The position numbers and the translations under genes are program-made. From Octopus vulgaris (lineage: Eukaryota): DNA of 64,000 nt. The notes below the pieces were generated by a model. It saw only the letters and a program-made list of their open reading frames with translations. It had not been told where the DNA came from and ran no database searches. The stretch is from positions 16,678,001 through 16,742,000 of the forward strand of contig OX597823.1 of assembly GCA_951406725.2 (NCBI GenBank). Direction: 5' to 3'. Shown one piece after another: positions 24,800 through 35,225 of this stretch. Position 1 is the stretch's first letter. Every line of letters starts with the position of its first letter.

Positions 24800-26537
24800 T
24801 ACGACGGGCTTCTTTCAGTTTCCGTCTACCAAATCCACTCACAAGGCTTTGGTCGGCCTGAGGCTATAGTAGAAGACACTTTCCCAAGGTGGGACTGAAC
24901 CCAGAACCATGTGGTTGGTTAGCAAGCTACTTACCACACAGCCACTCCTAATATGGAGCAATATTTTTTTTTTCTAACACAAAGGTTTTTCACAATATCT
25001 CTAAATATGGAGATATGAGCCTGAATGAGTAATTGGTAGGCCAGCATTTTATACATATTGCTTTATAAAGATATTTATGATGAACATTGAAACAATATAC
25101 AGGTTCCTGGAAGTCATATATCTAAAATAGAAAAATATAATTATATTATGTATTGAGTTAAATGTCCTTTATTGAGCAGTGGTCTTTTTGATCATTATTT
25201 GAGAATTATACTGTAGTACTAATTCTTAAAGATTCTTCCATTGTCTGCAACGGGATCAGGTCTAGTTTTATTGTTTCTGACATTTTTATGTTAAGATTGA
25301 AATGGGTCTTATATTTAAATAGATCTATATCAAGATTTTAGTTTATTAGTAGTATTAGTCCGTCAGAAATTTAGTGGTTTACAGGATTTTTATGTTAGAT
25401 ATTAGCTAGTTATGTTATGGGGAATTTATGAGACATACACACACACACTTTTGTTATTCTTTATTTTTATGATGAAGGACTAGCATTCAAAACAAAATTC
25501 TCCCCCTTGGTTGTAAGCATTAAACTAATACATTTATTAAAACTTGCCCCACCCATGTCTTCTTTTTGTATATTCTTTTTTTTTTTTTTACTTGTTTTAG
25601 TCATTTTGACTGCGGCCATGGTTGATCACAGCCTTTAGCCGAGCAGATCGACTCCAGGGCTTATTCTTTGTAAGCCTAAGACTTATTATATACAAACTCT
25701 TTTGCCGAACCTGCTAAGTTACGGGGACGTAAACGCACCAGCATTGGTTGTCAAGCGATGTTGGAGCGAGGGACACACACCCACATGTACATATATGACA
25801 GGCTTCTTTCAGTTTCTGCCGACCAAATCCACTCACAAAGTTTTGGTCGGCCCAAGGCTATAGTAGAAGACACTTGCCCAAGGTCCCATGCAGCGGGACT
25901 GAAACTGGAACCATGTGGTTGGGAAGCAAGCTACTTACTACATGAAATAATTTACAGTTGCATACAAAATGCAATGCTGCACACGGCATCCATAGTATGA
26001 GTATTAAATGCAGAGTATGTGCAAAGGGTGGAGAAAAATGAAGGCAGCAGGCTCTACTGGGTGTGTTAGTGTGCATAGGCAATGCAGTACAATAAACTGA
26101 GATAAAAACAGGAATGTGAGCAGAATCAAATGTAGCATGCAACAGAGATACAAATGGAATGAAACTGTTCAAAATCAAAGAAAGACATGGGCCAAGGTAG
26201 TGAAAGCTGATCTTAATTCCACAAAGGAGATGACAAACCCAACAAATGGCAAGATTCTGTGTTGGAGAAAACTCAACCACTGCATGCAAGAATGAAAAGC
26301 AGATATAATGATGATGATACGAAATCTTTAAAATTTTTGCAAACTATGTAATTTCAAAAATATATTATTTCAATGAAATATGTTGTATAAGTTGAGAAAA
26401 GAAACCTTTACATTTAGTTGTTTCCTTGTTTGTCGACGAATACCTTGCTGAATGACTGGTGACATTGTATAATAGCGAAACCAACTCGAGCTGTAGATAA
26501 TTCTGCGATGTTTCAAATCCAGAGTAATTTCACACAT
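669..26537 (-). CDS. CCDC14: Coiled-coil domain-containing protein 14-like, 5' part; gene continues beyond the window start
   Basis: Phase-compatible exons 26537-26406, 22588-22566, 21363-21290, 15971-15864, 8230-6845, 5370-5229 and 733-669. The joined peptide [13 protein letters not shown]...[17 protein letters not shown]...[27 protein letters not shown] matches the remembered CCDC14 block IIKYLLGELKA...EIQRLITEMEACISVLP...[27 protein letters not shown]. Confidence 0.75.
2311..2748 (+). mobile_element. tRNA-derived SINE, GGAGTGGCTGTGTGGTAAG family with central (TA/TG)n
   Basis: B-box-like GGTTCAGTCCC. Other copies at about 4407-4816, 18274-18683, 21840-22230, 24524-24950, 25588-25940, 27467-27868, 28365-29135, 29531-30040 and 40880-41250. 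Confidence 0.85.
3159..3379. mobile_element. piggyBac-like MITE (TTAA TSD)
   Basis: TTAA|CCCTTTCGTTACC...GGTAACAAAAAAG|TTAA; an inverted family copy is at 35226-35445. Confidence 0.7.
3680..4370 (+). mobile_element. Old degraded mariner transposase remnant
   Basis: [13 protein letters not shown] readable near 4074-4112; many stops and frameshifts; boundaries approximate. Confidence 0.6.
5229..5370 (-). CDS. CCDC14: CCDC14-like conserved exon ([12 protein letters not shown]...[14 protein letters not shown])
   Basis: Hand translation; LAxQPLRxEN signature; tag acceptor, gtaagt donor. Confidence 0.85.
6845..8230 (-). CDS. CCDC14: CCDC14-like large exon (462 codons, Ser/Thr/Pro/Gln-rich, ends at the start of the conserved block)
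   Basis: ORF 6801..8258 trimmed to tttcacag acceptor and gtaagt donor; 1386 nt, phase 1 to 1. Confidence 0.88.
9384..9968 (+). repeat. 5' LTR (585 bp)
   Basis: TGTAAG...CTACA; TATAAATA 9631-9638; AATAAA 9905-9910. Matches the 3' LTR except for one G. Confidence 0.97.
9971..9981 (+). promoter_or_regulatory. Primer binding site, tRNA-Trp type
   Basis: TGGTGACCCCG 2 nt after the 5' LTR; equals the first 11 nt of the known tRNA-Trp PBS (TGGTGACCCCGACG...). Confidence 0.88.
10087..10962 (+). CDS. gag: Gag protein of the Gypsy element (291 aa)
   Basis: LKIPPFW...WF..IEAQF N-terminus, [15 protein letters not shown]-terminal [18 protein letters not shown] (CHCC knuckle). Confidence 0.93.
   Translation: MNLPEQNPAANIDMAFQAAISLKIPPFWTHDPTLWFHHIEAQFASHRISSDAARLSHVISSLSPEITNVIRDLIMAPPGSVSYEVFKTTLINRTSESQQKRLHQLLISEELGDKTPSQLLRRMKQLLGDETLPEKIFKQLFLQRLPSNTQVVLASTRENTSLEELAELADKIAEVPHRYPTVSTVTPAAPSTNPFRAQTSSSEISDLRALMTQQAAQIQILTAQIQALKFSPQRRSTSRSRRDGRRSRSPSATRGSHDTCWYHRTFGTRAQKCTVPCSFSSPSSGNGTARN
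10863..13115 (+). CDS. pol: Pol part 1: aspartic protease, reverse transcriptase, RNase H, start of integrase
   Basis: DTGAEVS, YIDD, VDASD...TDHKPL...ADALSR, HSLSHPG. Lies in the -1 frame relative to gag; homology leaves this frame at about 13030. Confidence 0.93.
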   Translation: MLVPPNIRNTGTKMYGTVLVFLTQFGKRHSQELNATEVPGSHPHSRLFFVCDRVTGTRFLVDTGAEVSIIPVSNTSGKRKETSVCLQAVNHSPIPTYGEQSLTLNIGLRRTFQWVFVVAKLPTPILGADFLHHFGLLVDIKNRRLVDTTTKLTVRGIAARMDTVSPTVMLTTTTRHSSILNDYPDVARPVFHNQPIKHDVTHHIKTSGPPVAARPRKLPPDRLQAVKREFQHMLDLGIIRVSSSNWSSPIHCVPKKSSTDWRVCGDYRSLNKSTISDAYPVPFLQDFSSSLHGARIFSKIDLVRAYNQIPVEPADISKTAVTTPFGMFEFLRMPFGLRNAAQTFQRFIDMVTRGLPFVYAYIDDILVASNSDEEHNQHLHLLFERLRKFGIVINPTKCLFGVASLHFLGHIVDKNGIRPLPEKVKAIVDFPPPTSLRKLREYLGLANFYRRFVPHLAEIAQPLTDLLRQRTCKNADIALTEDQLVSFAALKKALSSATMLVYPKPDAPRCLLVDASDSGIGGVLQQLVDGIWQPLSFFSKRLKPAETKYSTFSRELLAAYLAVKHFRHMLEGTNFAIYTDHKPLVYAFNTKPDRHSPREIRHLDFISQYTTDIRHIKGTTNVAADALSRAQINAIHTTSTIDLARIAADQENDEELLKLRNSSSLKFQHVPLPSSTAHIWCDISTGYQRPYVPQKYRREVFSALHSLSHPGIRSTQKLISTRLCGPVSTRISENGPSAVLRAKKRKSTGT
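10938..11000 (+). promoter_or_regulatory. Programmed -1 ribosomal frameshift signal (slippery heptamer plus stem-loop or pseudoknot)
   Basis: G GGA AAC at 10938-10944 in gag phase, 6-nt spacer, 10-bp stem 10951-10960/10973-10982. Confidence 0.8.
13031..14103 (+). CDS. pol: Pol part 2: integrase (zinc finger Cys pair, DDE core, GPY), with a second frameshift near 13915
   Basis: CVAC, HIDIVGP, TDRGRQF, GMVERFH, YSGPY. After adding one A at 13912-13917 it reads RLKKAFIEE...[13 protein letters not shown] to TAA 14101-14103. Confidence 0.88.
14658..14670 (+). promoter_or_regulatory. Polypurine tract
   Basis: AGAAGGGGGGTAG immediately before the 3' LTR. Confidence 0.9.
14671..15254 (+). repeat. 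3' LTR (584 bp)
   Basis: Direct repeat of 9384-9968; AATAAA 15191-15196. Confidence 0.97.
15864..15971 (-). CDS. CCDC14: CCDC14-like exon ([12 protein letters not shown]...QKPTSK)
   Basis: Strong polypyrimidine tract plus tag; 108 nt, open, phase 1 to 1. Confidence 0.75.
19010..19238 (+). mobile_element. SINE with Deu/Nin-like central domain
   Basis: GTTCAAATCCC B box, GCCTTTCATCCTTTC.GGGTCGAT..AATAAGTACCAG core, TSD TATATTTCTTTC. Other copies at about 19380-19590, 36480-36700, 48457-48670, 52690-52890, 55350-55550 and 60725-60862. Confidence 0.75.
20470..21088 (+). mobile_element. RTE-type LINE 3' end (ORF tail, 3' UTR, (GAT)n); longest copy of the abundant GTTAGGAAGGGCATCCAG family
   Basis: GRPRKTW-like coding remnant at 20470 runs into the repeat body. 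Shorter copies at about 1372-1750, 4826-5208, 6258-6660, 16996-17160, 17560-17845, 33932-34850, 41768-42265, 47505-47757, 50772-51020, 53624-53935 and 55795-56133. Confidence 0.65.
21290..21363 (-). CDS. CCDC14: CCDC14-like exon ([24 protein letters not shown])
   Basis: ttacag acceptor, gtaggc donor; phase 2 to 1; lies inside ORF 21207..21428. Confidence 0.65.
22566..22588 (-). CDS. CCDC14: CCDC14-like 23-nt micro-exon (PTTGVSR)
   Basis: Long T-tract plus aag acceptor and AAG|gtaag donor; bridges phase 0 to phase 2. Confidence 0.6.
23651..23686 (+). ncRNA. Degenerate minimal hammerhead-like motif
   Basis: CTTT-CTGCGGA-A-GAGC-atag-GCTC-GAAG-CG-TT-AAAG; same family as 29761 and 46990. Confidence 0.4.
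26406..26537 (-). CDS. CCDC14: CCDC14-like probable first coding exon (MCEIT... or downstream MSPVIQQG...LNVK)
   Basis: Acceptor atttag at 26579-26584; open frame to phase-0 donors at 26412 (gtaaag) or 26406 (gtttct). The start codon is ambiguous (26537 or 26465). Confidence 0.5.
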
Positions 26538-26633
26538 TGTTTAGTTAGGGAAGTAGCTTGACATGGGTTGATAAGAATCTAAATACAATGAAAGAAGTAA
26601 CAAATACCAAAAATATCCTCATTTAATCTTCCC

Positions 26634-27046
26634 GGATTTTTTCGGTTTGACCGGCAGTTTTTAAAAATATTTTCCACGTAACTAAACACTTTTAAACTTC
26701 GTATACTGGTAGAATGTGTTTATAAAACATCTTTTTCTCTTGGCTTTATGGAGAAAATTCTATAGTTTGTAAGATATTTGTTGGGTTTTTTTCTTCAATT
26801 TCTGCAATTTCAACCAATCAATGACGTCTATTGAGGTGAAAACATTCTGTGCCGTATGAATATGTCCCTCGTTTAAGAAACAGATTGGGTTTATTTACAT
26901 TTCTGAAGAAAAAAAAGATACCCTCCCCCCTAACCCTGACCCTAAAACAGATTAAAATGCAATAGATCGATACTAGGGTCATGATTATTGGTGACAATTT
27001 CATATGACACCGCTAGAAAAAACTGCCGTTCAAACCGAAAAGATCC
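26634..27046. mobile_element. MITE with about 29-bp TIRs and 8-bp TSD (Merlin-like or MULE-like)
   Basis: TIR GGAT(T/C)TTTTCGGTTTGA(C/A)CGGCAGTTTTT; TSD ATCTTCCC at 26626-26633 and 27047-27054. Confidence 0.85.
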
Positions 27047-29760
27047 ATCTTCCCATCGATATCTTCAATTCAACTTCAGCAGTAGGAATTACCTCCCCAA
27101 CAAATCCAGCTTCTTCACTCAATCGAATCTGAATGTGAGATATTTTCTTTAATGAGGAATTTTTTTTTTTTTTTTACATAATCATCATCATCAATACATC
27201 ATTAAGCAAAAGGGAGAAAAAAGAAAAACACAAAGAAAAGCAGCTATAGCTGTGAGTCAAGTTGTTAAAATTGACTGGCAGTGTATATATAAGTAACAAA
27301 AAGCAAAATGACAACATCAATTATATATTAAATTCATTTGTTTAATAACAATGTTTGGTACAAAACTGCAGATTTGTAAAGCTAAGGTCAAACCACAGTG
27401 AGGCTCTAGCTTAAAAGGGGAACAGCTACCTTTTACAAGGCAGTTTGTCCAACACTACGGTTTCTATCTCTTTTACTTGTTTCAATCATTTGACTGTGGC
27501 CATGCTGGAGCACTGCCTTTAGTCAAACAAATCTACCCCAGGACTTATTCTTTGTAAGCCTAGTGCTCAGTCTATTGGTCTCTTTTGCCAAACTGCTAAG
27601 TTACGGGGGACGTAAACACACCAGCATCGGTTGTCAAGCGATATTGGGGAGACAAACATAGACACACGATTATATACACACACATACACGTATATATATA
27701 CATATATACGACGGGCTTCTTTCAGTTTCTGTCTACCAAATCCACTCACAAAGCTTTGGTCAGCCCAAAGCTATAGTAGAAGACACTTGCCCAAGGTGCC
27801 ACACAGTGGGACTGAACCCAGAACCATGTGGTTCGTAAGCAAGCTACTTACCACACAGCCACTCCTACCTGTTCACAACCTTTACATATTGATTTCTAAA
27901 ACTGGTACAAACCCACACATTAGGAAGGGATACAATAGATAATATCAGCCCACTGAATTATTTTTATTTTATTTTCTTATTATGTTTTCTGTAATCAATA
28001 TTTTCATGGATTTGCTTCATTTACAAGAATGACTCGGAAGTATTTGGCAACTCAAGTAGAACAAATATTACACAAAGTATTTTCGTTTGAAACCAGTTAA
28101 TAGGGTTTTCAAACAAACAGGGGACAAATACATGCACTCACATTACATACACAATGGGCTTCCATACATTTTAATTTTACAAAATTCCTCTCACAAGGTA
28201 TTTTTTTAACATATTTTCCCAAGATGGTATACTGTGGATTTGATCTTGGTACTACATACTGCAAAACAAACTTCTTAACCACTCGTCTAACCTGATACTA
28301 AGTCCATCCATCTCAGAAAGATGAGAGCAAAGTCAACCCTGGTGGGACTGGAAATCTTAACATAGGTGTAGGAGTGGCTGTGTGGTAAGTAGCTTGCTTA
28401 CAAACTACATGGTTCCAGGTTCAGTCCCACTGTGTGGCACCTTGGACAAGTATCTTCTACTATAGCCTCGGGCCAACCAAAGCCTTTTGAGTGAATTCGG
28501 TAGACAGAAACTGAAAGAAGCCCATCGTATATATATATATGTATGTGTGTGTATATGTTTGTCCCCCCCCCTACATCGCTTCACAACCGATGCTGGTGTG
28601 TTTACATCCCCGTAACTTAGCAGTTCAGCAAAACAGACCGATATAGAATAAGTACTAGGCTTACAAAGAATAAGTCCTGGGGTCGATTTGCTCGACTAAA
28701 GGCGGTGCTCCAGCATGGCCACAGTCAAATGACTGAAACAAGTAAAAGAGAAAGAGACTGTGTGGTAAGAAGTTTGTTTCCCAACCACATGGTTCCAGGT
28801 TCAATCCCACTGTGTGGCATCTTAGGCAAGTTTCTTCTACTATAGCCCCAAAGCCTTATTAGTCGATTTGGTAGAGGGAAACTGAAAGAAGCCCGTCGTA
28901 TATATACATGTATATCTATAGCTTTGTGTCCGAGTTTGTCTCCAATCCCTTCTTGACAACTGGTATTGGTGTGTTTATGCCCCTGTAACTAAGCAGTTCG
29001 GCAAAAGGGATCGATAGAATAAGTACTAGGCTTTAAAATAAGTCTTCGGGTGTATTTGTTTAACAAAAAAACCCTTTCAAGTCGATGATCCAGCATAGCT
29101 GTTGTCAAATGACTGAAAGCAAAAGATAAAAGATATAGAAACATTAACTAAATAGGACATGTTGTCTGCCCCTTTGCCATTTCCTCCATCCTTCAACTTT
29201 TTCAGTATTGACGTAATAAATGACAAATTGTTTTAACTAATCCGAGGCGCGAAAATAGCTGCTAGAATAAAGTACATAATTCGGAGATAATCGTATTTAA
29301 GTTGGTGTTAGTGATAACCTCCTCTAAAGCGGAATCTAGAACGTCACTTCCAAGGGAAACAACTTTGGTGGGCTTACTGAAAGATTTATAGCAGCTATTC
29401 TCAACTTTTTTTTTTTTTTTTCCTATCTATGGATCCCTTTGATTACTATTTGATTCTGGTGAACCCCAATAATAATTCGGTGATTAAAACCTAGTTTTAT
29501 AGAAACTTCTTACAAAATTCCTATTCACTTGTGGAGCACCGCCTTTAGTCGAACAAACCAACCCCCAGGACTTATTCTTTATAAGCCTAGTACTTGTTCT
29601 GTCTGTCTCTTTTGCTAATTTACAAGGACGCAAACACACCAACATCGGCTATCAAGCGATGGAGAGGGGGGACAACAAATACACATACACGTGTGTGTGT
29701 GTATATGATAGATCGTTAGCCACTATACACATTTTTTCTCTCCTAGTTTTTTCTGTGTAC

Positions 29761-29796
29761 CTTTCTGTAGAAGAGCGTAGGCTCGAAACGTAAAAG
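29761..29796 (+). ncRNA. Minimal hammerhead-like motif, CUGUAGA core
   Basis: CTTT-CTGTAGA-A-GAGC-gtag-GCTC-GAAA-CG-TA-AAAG. Confidence 0.55.
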
Positions 29797-30586
29797 ATTT
29801 TTTCTATTCCTGAGCGTTATACTAATACATCTGTTTGTTTTGTACACCACCTGTCTTCATCTTTTTCGTAAACTTTCCCTATATATATATATATATATAT
29901 ACACATACACACGACGGGCTTCTTTCAGTTTCTGTCTACCAAATCCAATCACAAGGCTTTGGTCGGCCTGCCCAAGGTGCAACGCAGTTGGACTGAACCC
30001 GGGATCATGAGGTTGGTAAGCATGCTACTTACCTAACAGCCAATATATACATTTGAAATTAATGTACTTAGAAAGGAAAAAAGAAAAAAGAAATTTTTTC
30101 AAAAGTTCAAGACATGTTAAATGAAAAATCCTGAAGTGTGTGCACATTCACAAAATAGCAAACTGTTTAGCAACAACATTCCTAACATTTCTTTCAAGTT
30201 ATTCTCAATTTTGTTTTTCTTTCACAGCTAAACAAGATTTTTCCGTCATGTATCCGTAAAATTCTTCTCTGAACTAATAAGTCAAGTGTGTACACACCAA
30301 GGTGCGACTTGTTGAACCCAGCCAAAAAGTTTTGTGTGATTGTGTATGTGTGAGAAAGTGCTCGTGCACAGAAAATTTCTGCATATAAACTATACGCATA
30401 AATTCTTTGTCTCACTAATAATTAATTAATAGCAATTTGGTTTTTCTATTTGATTTGCAAGATTCTTAAAGTAAACTTGTTTTACCCTGGGAAGGTCATT
30501 AAGCAAATAACACACACACACACAGTTTCACTTCTTTCATTATTATTATTAGTCAACAAGTTAATCATTTTCCAATTAACTAATTG

Positions 30587-30879
30587 ATTGGAATTTGCAT
30601 CACCGGTCTGGAACCCCTATCTTGCCCAGGATATTAATCGTCTGGAAGCCGTTCAGCGACATGCAGCCAAAAGAATACCCTCCATCAGGCATCTGCCATA
30701 TTCTGAACGCCTTACTTCCCTGGGCATGGACACATTGAAACTCCGACGTCTGGCAGCTGACTTGGCAGACACCCATAAAATTGTTAACCATCTTACAAAC
30801 AATAACTCTGAGCACCTTTTCAAACTCTACCTGTCTAACACCCGTGGACATATTTACAAAGTCAGAAAAAAGCACAGCT
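30587..30879 (+). mobile_element. CR1-type LINE ORF2 C-terminal fragment
   Basis: LEFASPVWNPY...DINRLEAVQR.A.K.IP....LPYSERL...L..L..RR...DL...NTRGH. Confidence 0.85.
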
Positions 30880-31526
30880 GAGTTCGTCAGAGTCCTTTCT
30901 GTGACCTCATCAATAGCATACCCTCACTATTTCAGACTGTCAATTACCGAACGTATGAAATATTCAGAGACAAGGACTTCAAGCTCAGAACATTAAGGAA
31001 CTTAACTAAATATTACACGACATTAAACCCAGAACTATCGATTCTACTCGACTAGGATCCCTCTAATCATTAATATTAAGGATGTGGTTTGACCACAAGC
31101 TGGCCCTGATCACAGACATTCCAGCTGTGACTATCATATTTTTTTTTACTTGCTGTTACATTCTCTGGATTACGTTTTTTGGTTTTTTTTCTAAAACGAC
31201 AGGGTATGGGTTGAGTAAGATTTGTTGCTATTTCTAGCAAGTCGTGCAACTGTTTAGAAGCTTCCTTGTTGAGTCATATTAAGAAAATATTATAAATTTC
31301 TGATGTATTCAACTTCAGATATGCCTATAATTGGATTTTGATTTGACACAAATAGGATCTTCATTTAGGTTCTTTTAAAATATATCATCATTGTGTCTAA
31401 GTAGAAAGGAGAAAACACTTAAAAACTCAGAATTATAGTTGCAGAGTTCAAATTCAAGTGAGATTAACAGTGAAGCACTGATGTTGAATTAATTTACTGT
31501 ACCCCACTCTCTCCTCAATATATAAT

Positions 31527-31855
31527 AATAATAATAATAATGAAATTATTGTATACAGTGCTCAGGTGCACCACAACTTGTCAGAAAGTGCATATAAAGT
31601 ACATGCAGTAATTTAAAAATGTCTGGAAAGCGAACAATGTATGAGTCAGATACATGCTTGCGTGTGTATGGAGGGGAGAAAATCAGGTGTAGTGTTGGCG
31701 AATCTCTAAAAGCATGGAAGTTTTGAAGGATGCAGTGCTCCGACAACTAACAACTGATGCAGGCAGTTTGTTCCATGCTTCAGCAACTCTCAGCGTGAAA
31801 AAATGTTTCCTGAAGTCATGGGAGCTGTGCTGTTTTCTGACTTTGTAAATATGTC
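31527..31855 (-). mobile_element. CR1-type LINE 3' end with (ATT)n tail
   Basis: [17 protein letters not shown]...FK motif; related copies at about 41500-41753, 52410-52515 and 56567-56893. Confidence 0.8.
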
Positions 31856-32737
31856 TGGCCTTGTACCAACAATAAAAAATTGGCATTACGCAGAAATGTC
31901 AATTTTAGCCAGAGAGAAAAAAATGTCCCATTTCATTTAAATACTATAAATATTAGAGTAATTTAAACAGTATTTTAACGATGTTATAAAGAGACACGTC
32001 GTGACTTGAACACAATGGTAGCACCATTTTTAGAATGGCATTACACTTATGTGAAGAAAAGGTTGAAATAAAATTGCTTAATTTCATTTATACTGCTTCA
32101 CGAGAAGTACATAAACGTCATAACATCATTTGCGTTCTTTCCATTGCAAATACTAGATTTTGTGCCGAGTTTAAAAAGATATTTGTCATTTAACTCAAGT
32201 TGGGTTTGACTGACGCATCCCATCCACTAAAATTCTTCCACCTCTTCCTTTTTTAGTTTATAGTAAACCCTGGACTTACATTATCCAGTGTAGACCTCTT
32301 TTAAGGCGGTAGGGCATGGTTTGGAAGATTGGCTGCTGTTTCTAGCGGGTGAAGCGCCACATACTTCCCCCACGTCGGTTTGTAAAAAAAAGGACACAAA
32401 CAATACAGCGCTAGACAAGATACATTACGGTAAATAAATAAATAAATAATTACAGAAGTAAATAAGTATCAATATTATAGTAAAGCTTTTAAAAAAAAAG
32501 TTTTGGACAAGCATCAATATCACGCCCTTCTTGCCAAAAAACACCGGACAAAATGCTTAGGGGCATCTCGTCCGTCTTCACACTCTGAGTTCAAATTCCA
32601 CCAAGGTGGACTTTGCCTTTCATCTTTTCGAGATCGATAAAATAAGTACTAGTCAAGTACTGCAGTCGACTATGTCGACTTTCCCTTCCCCTCAAAAACT
32701 GCTGGCCTTGTGCAAAAATTTAACTATTAAGGATTGT

Positions 32738-32926
32738 TTATTATTATAATAATAATTATCATTATTATCAATAATAATAATAATTATTATTATTATCAAT
32801 AATAATAATTATTATTATTATTATCAATATTAATAATTATAATTATCATTAATAATAATTATTATTATTATCAATAATAATTATTATCAATAATAATAAT
32901 TATTATTATTATCAATAATAATAATA
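32738..32926. repeat. Alternating (TTA)n/(TAA)n self-complementary low-complexity array
   Basis: Repeats of about AATAATAATTATTATTATC. Confidence 0.9.
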
Positions 32927-33183
32927 AAGGTACAAGGCCTGGAATTTCGACCTCGGTACTTTATTTTATCGACCCTGGTAGGATGAAAGGCATTCGGACG
33001 GGATTCGAACTCGGAATGTTAATAAGCCTTTTGTGTTGACATATCACAAAGTTTCTGATTTATAACTACAGAGAGAGAGAGAGAAATAGGAATGAAGTGA
33101 AGTTTATGGTATTACCTTCACACAAAAAAAGCTATTATTAATGGCTATAAGTGATGTCAGGGGGCTGAAGGAGAATAATTTAC

Positions 33184-33580
33184 CTTCGTGTTTAATTCGT
33201 TGACCAAAACATCTTGAAACAAGATCCAACATGTTGTCGTCGTCTTCTGCTCTTGAAGGGAATTTTGTTTGTTTGTTTTAATGAATGGAGCTTGCTATGG
33301 TGAGCTAAACTTCATATCTTGGATACGAAGTTCTGTAATAACACAGGAATGTTATTGAAATTCCCTTAGAATGAGTATTAGCAACAGCTGTACCAAAAAT
33401 CTATCACGTAAGTCGGTATCGAAAGTGTCGTCAAAACAAATCGAATGCTTGAATTTTCCACGCAACTCTGCAGTTCCGATAAAGCTGCTCACTGATTGGT
33501 TGATTTTATATACCCCGTTCTCGTACACTTCCGGTTTTCTCAAACCAGCTGATACTTAACTATGGAGGACCAATAAGGAA
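33184..33580 (-). promoter_or_regulatory. Putative promoter and first exon upstream of the CCDC14-like coding exons
   Basis: Non-repetitive CpG-containing island; ETS motif ACTTCCGG 33527-33534; CCAAT boxes 33495-33499 (reverse) and 33570-33574; AAG|gtaaat donor at 33184/33183. Confidence 0.45.
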
Positions 33581-33824
33581 ATAAAAGGAATATGAAATAA
33601 GATAAAATGGAAGGTTATTTAACCTCTTTATAACTTTTAAAGAAATAAAATGAATATGAAATAAATTAAAATAGGAAGTGATTTAATCTCTTTATAACTT
33701 TTTTTTTCTGATTAAGGTTTGAATTTGATTATGTCTCTTCAAGGAAACCCAATAATTCAGAAACATGTCCTTAGCAGTCACTAAGCCTCCTAACAAAGAT
33801 CAGATTTCCCCAATTAGCATAATG

Positions 33825-34937
33825 TAGTAATCCCTTGACTATCGCGGGTATTATGTTCCACAATAGGTGAAAATCCGCGAAGTAGAAACAGTACTGCACT
33901 GTGTATTTTTTATATTATTTTTATAATTTATATCATCATCATCATCATCGTTTAACGTCCGTTTTCCATGAGAGCATGGGTTGGATGGTTCAACTAGGGT
34001 CTGGGAAGCCAAGAGGCTGCGCCAGGCTCCAGTCTGATCTGGCAGTGTTTCTACAGCTAGATGCCCTTCCTAACGCCAGCACTCTGTGAGTGTAGTGGGT
34101 GCTTTTTACATGCCACCGGCACTGGGGCCAGAGGAGGCTGGCAAACGGCCACAATTGGTTGCTGCTTTTTACGTGTCACCAACACGGACGCCAGTCAGGC
34201 GGCACTGGCATCAGCCACATTCTGATGGTGCTTTTACATGCCATCGGCAAGGGTATCTTAACTACAATTTCCATTTGATTTTTATTTTGATGTTGGTGTT
34301 GACGTTGACGTACTTGACTCAATAGGTCTCCTCAAACACAGTGGATCACTCTACGATCTAAAGTTAGCAAAGCAGGCCATCCTGCAAGCCATGAACTCAC
34401 TTCATTTGTTGTGTCTTCGCAGTCACTGCGAGTCTCAGAGGTCTCGGTCTTTCGTCATTTCCTCTGTGAAGCCCAACATGCCACCGGTACAGATATCATA
34501 ACTACAATATCCATTTGATTTTTATTTTGATGTTCTTGACTCAATAGGTCTCCTCAAGCACAGCAGGTCACCCTACGATCCAAGGTTAGCACAGCAGGCC
34601 ATCCTGCAAGCCATGAACTCACTTCATTTGTGGGGTCTTTGCAGTCACAGCATATCTCAGAGATCTCGGTCTTTCGTCATTTCCTCTGTGAGGCCCAACA
34701 TGCCACCGGCACGGGTATCTCAACTACAATATCCATTTGATTTTTATTTTGATGTTGATGTATTTGACCAAATAGGTCTCCTCAAGCACAGCAGGTCGCC
34801 CTACGAACCAAGGTTAGCACAGCAAACAGTCCTGTGGGCCATGAACTCACTTCGTTTATTTTATCATAAATTGAAAACAACACCATGAAGGAATCAACGT
34901 AGGCTTAAATAATAAACCATATTGCGAGGGATTACTG
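33825..34937. mobile_element. Tigger/pogo-like MITE interrupted by an RTE-tail insertion
   Basis: Ends (C/T)AGTAATCCCT(C/T)G ... CGAGGGATTACTG|TA; nested repeat at about 33932-34850. Confidence 0.6.
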
Positions 34938-35225
34938 TAATATTTTTAGTGAAATAAAATCGTAATTACTGTTAGGTTTTTTTTGTTTTGTTTGTTTCCT
35001 TTCTCCAATTAAGAAAATCATTTTAATCAGTCAGGAATTTCTTGTTTTTGATGTAGTTTCATGTTTGTGTTATGACGTAGACTGATAAACAACATATCTA
35101 ATAGACTATGTTCATTAATTAGTCTATATGCTTTAAGTTCTAGGTTTGTTGTTCCTTGTGTTAGTGTTATCATGTTATTATGTATCAGTGATTGAATAGA
35201 TTTTCCTCATTGTACTATAAGTTAA

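Noticed and set aside
27093-27128. Candidate 36-nt exon (cag ... GAG|gtaatt) on the minus strand
   Set aside because: Weak acceptor and a stop in the phase needed; could only be a UTR exon and is unsupported.
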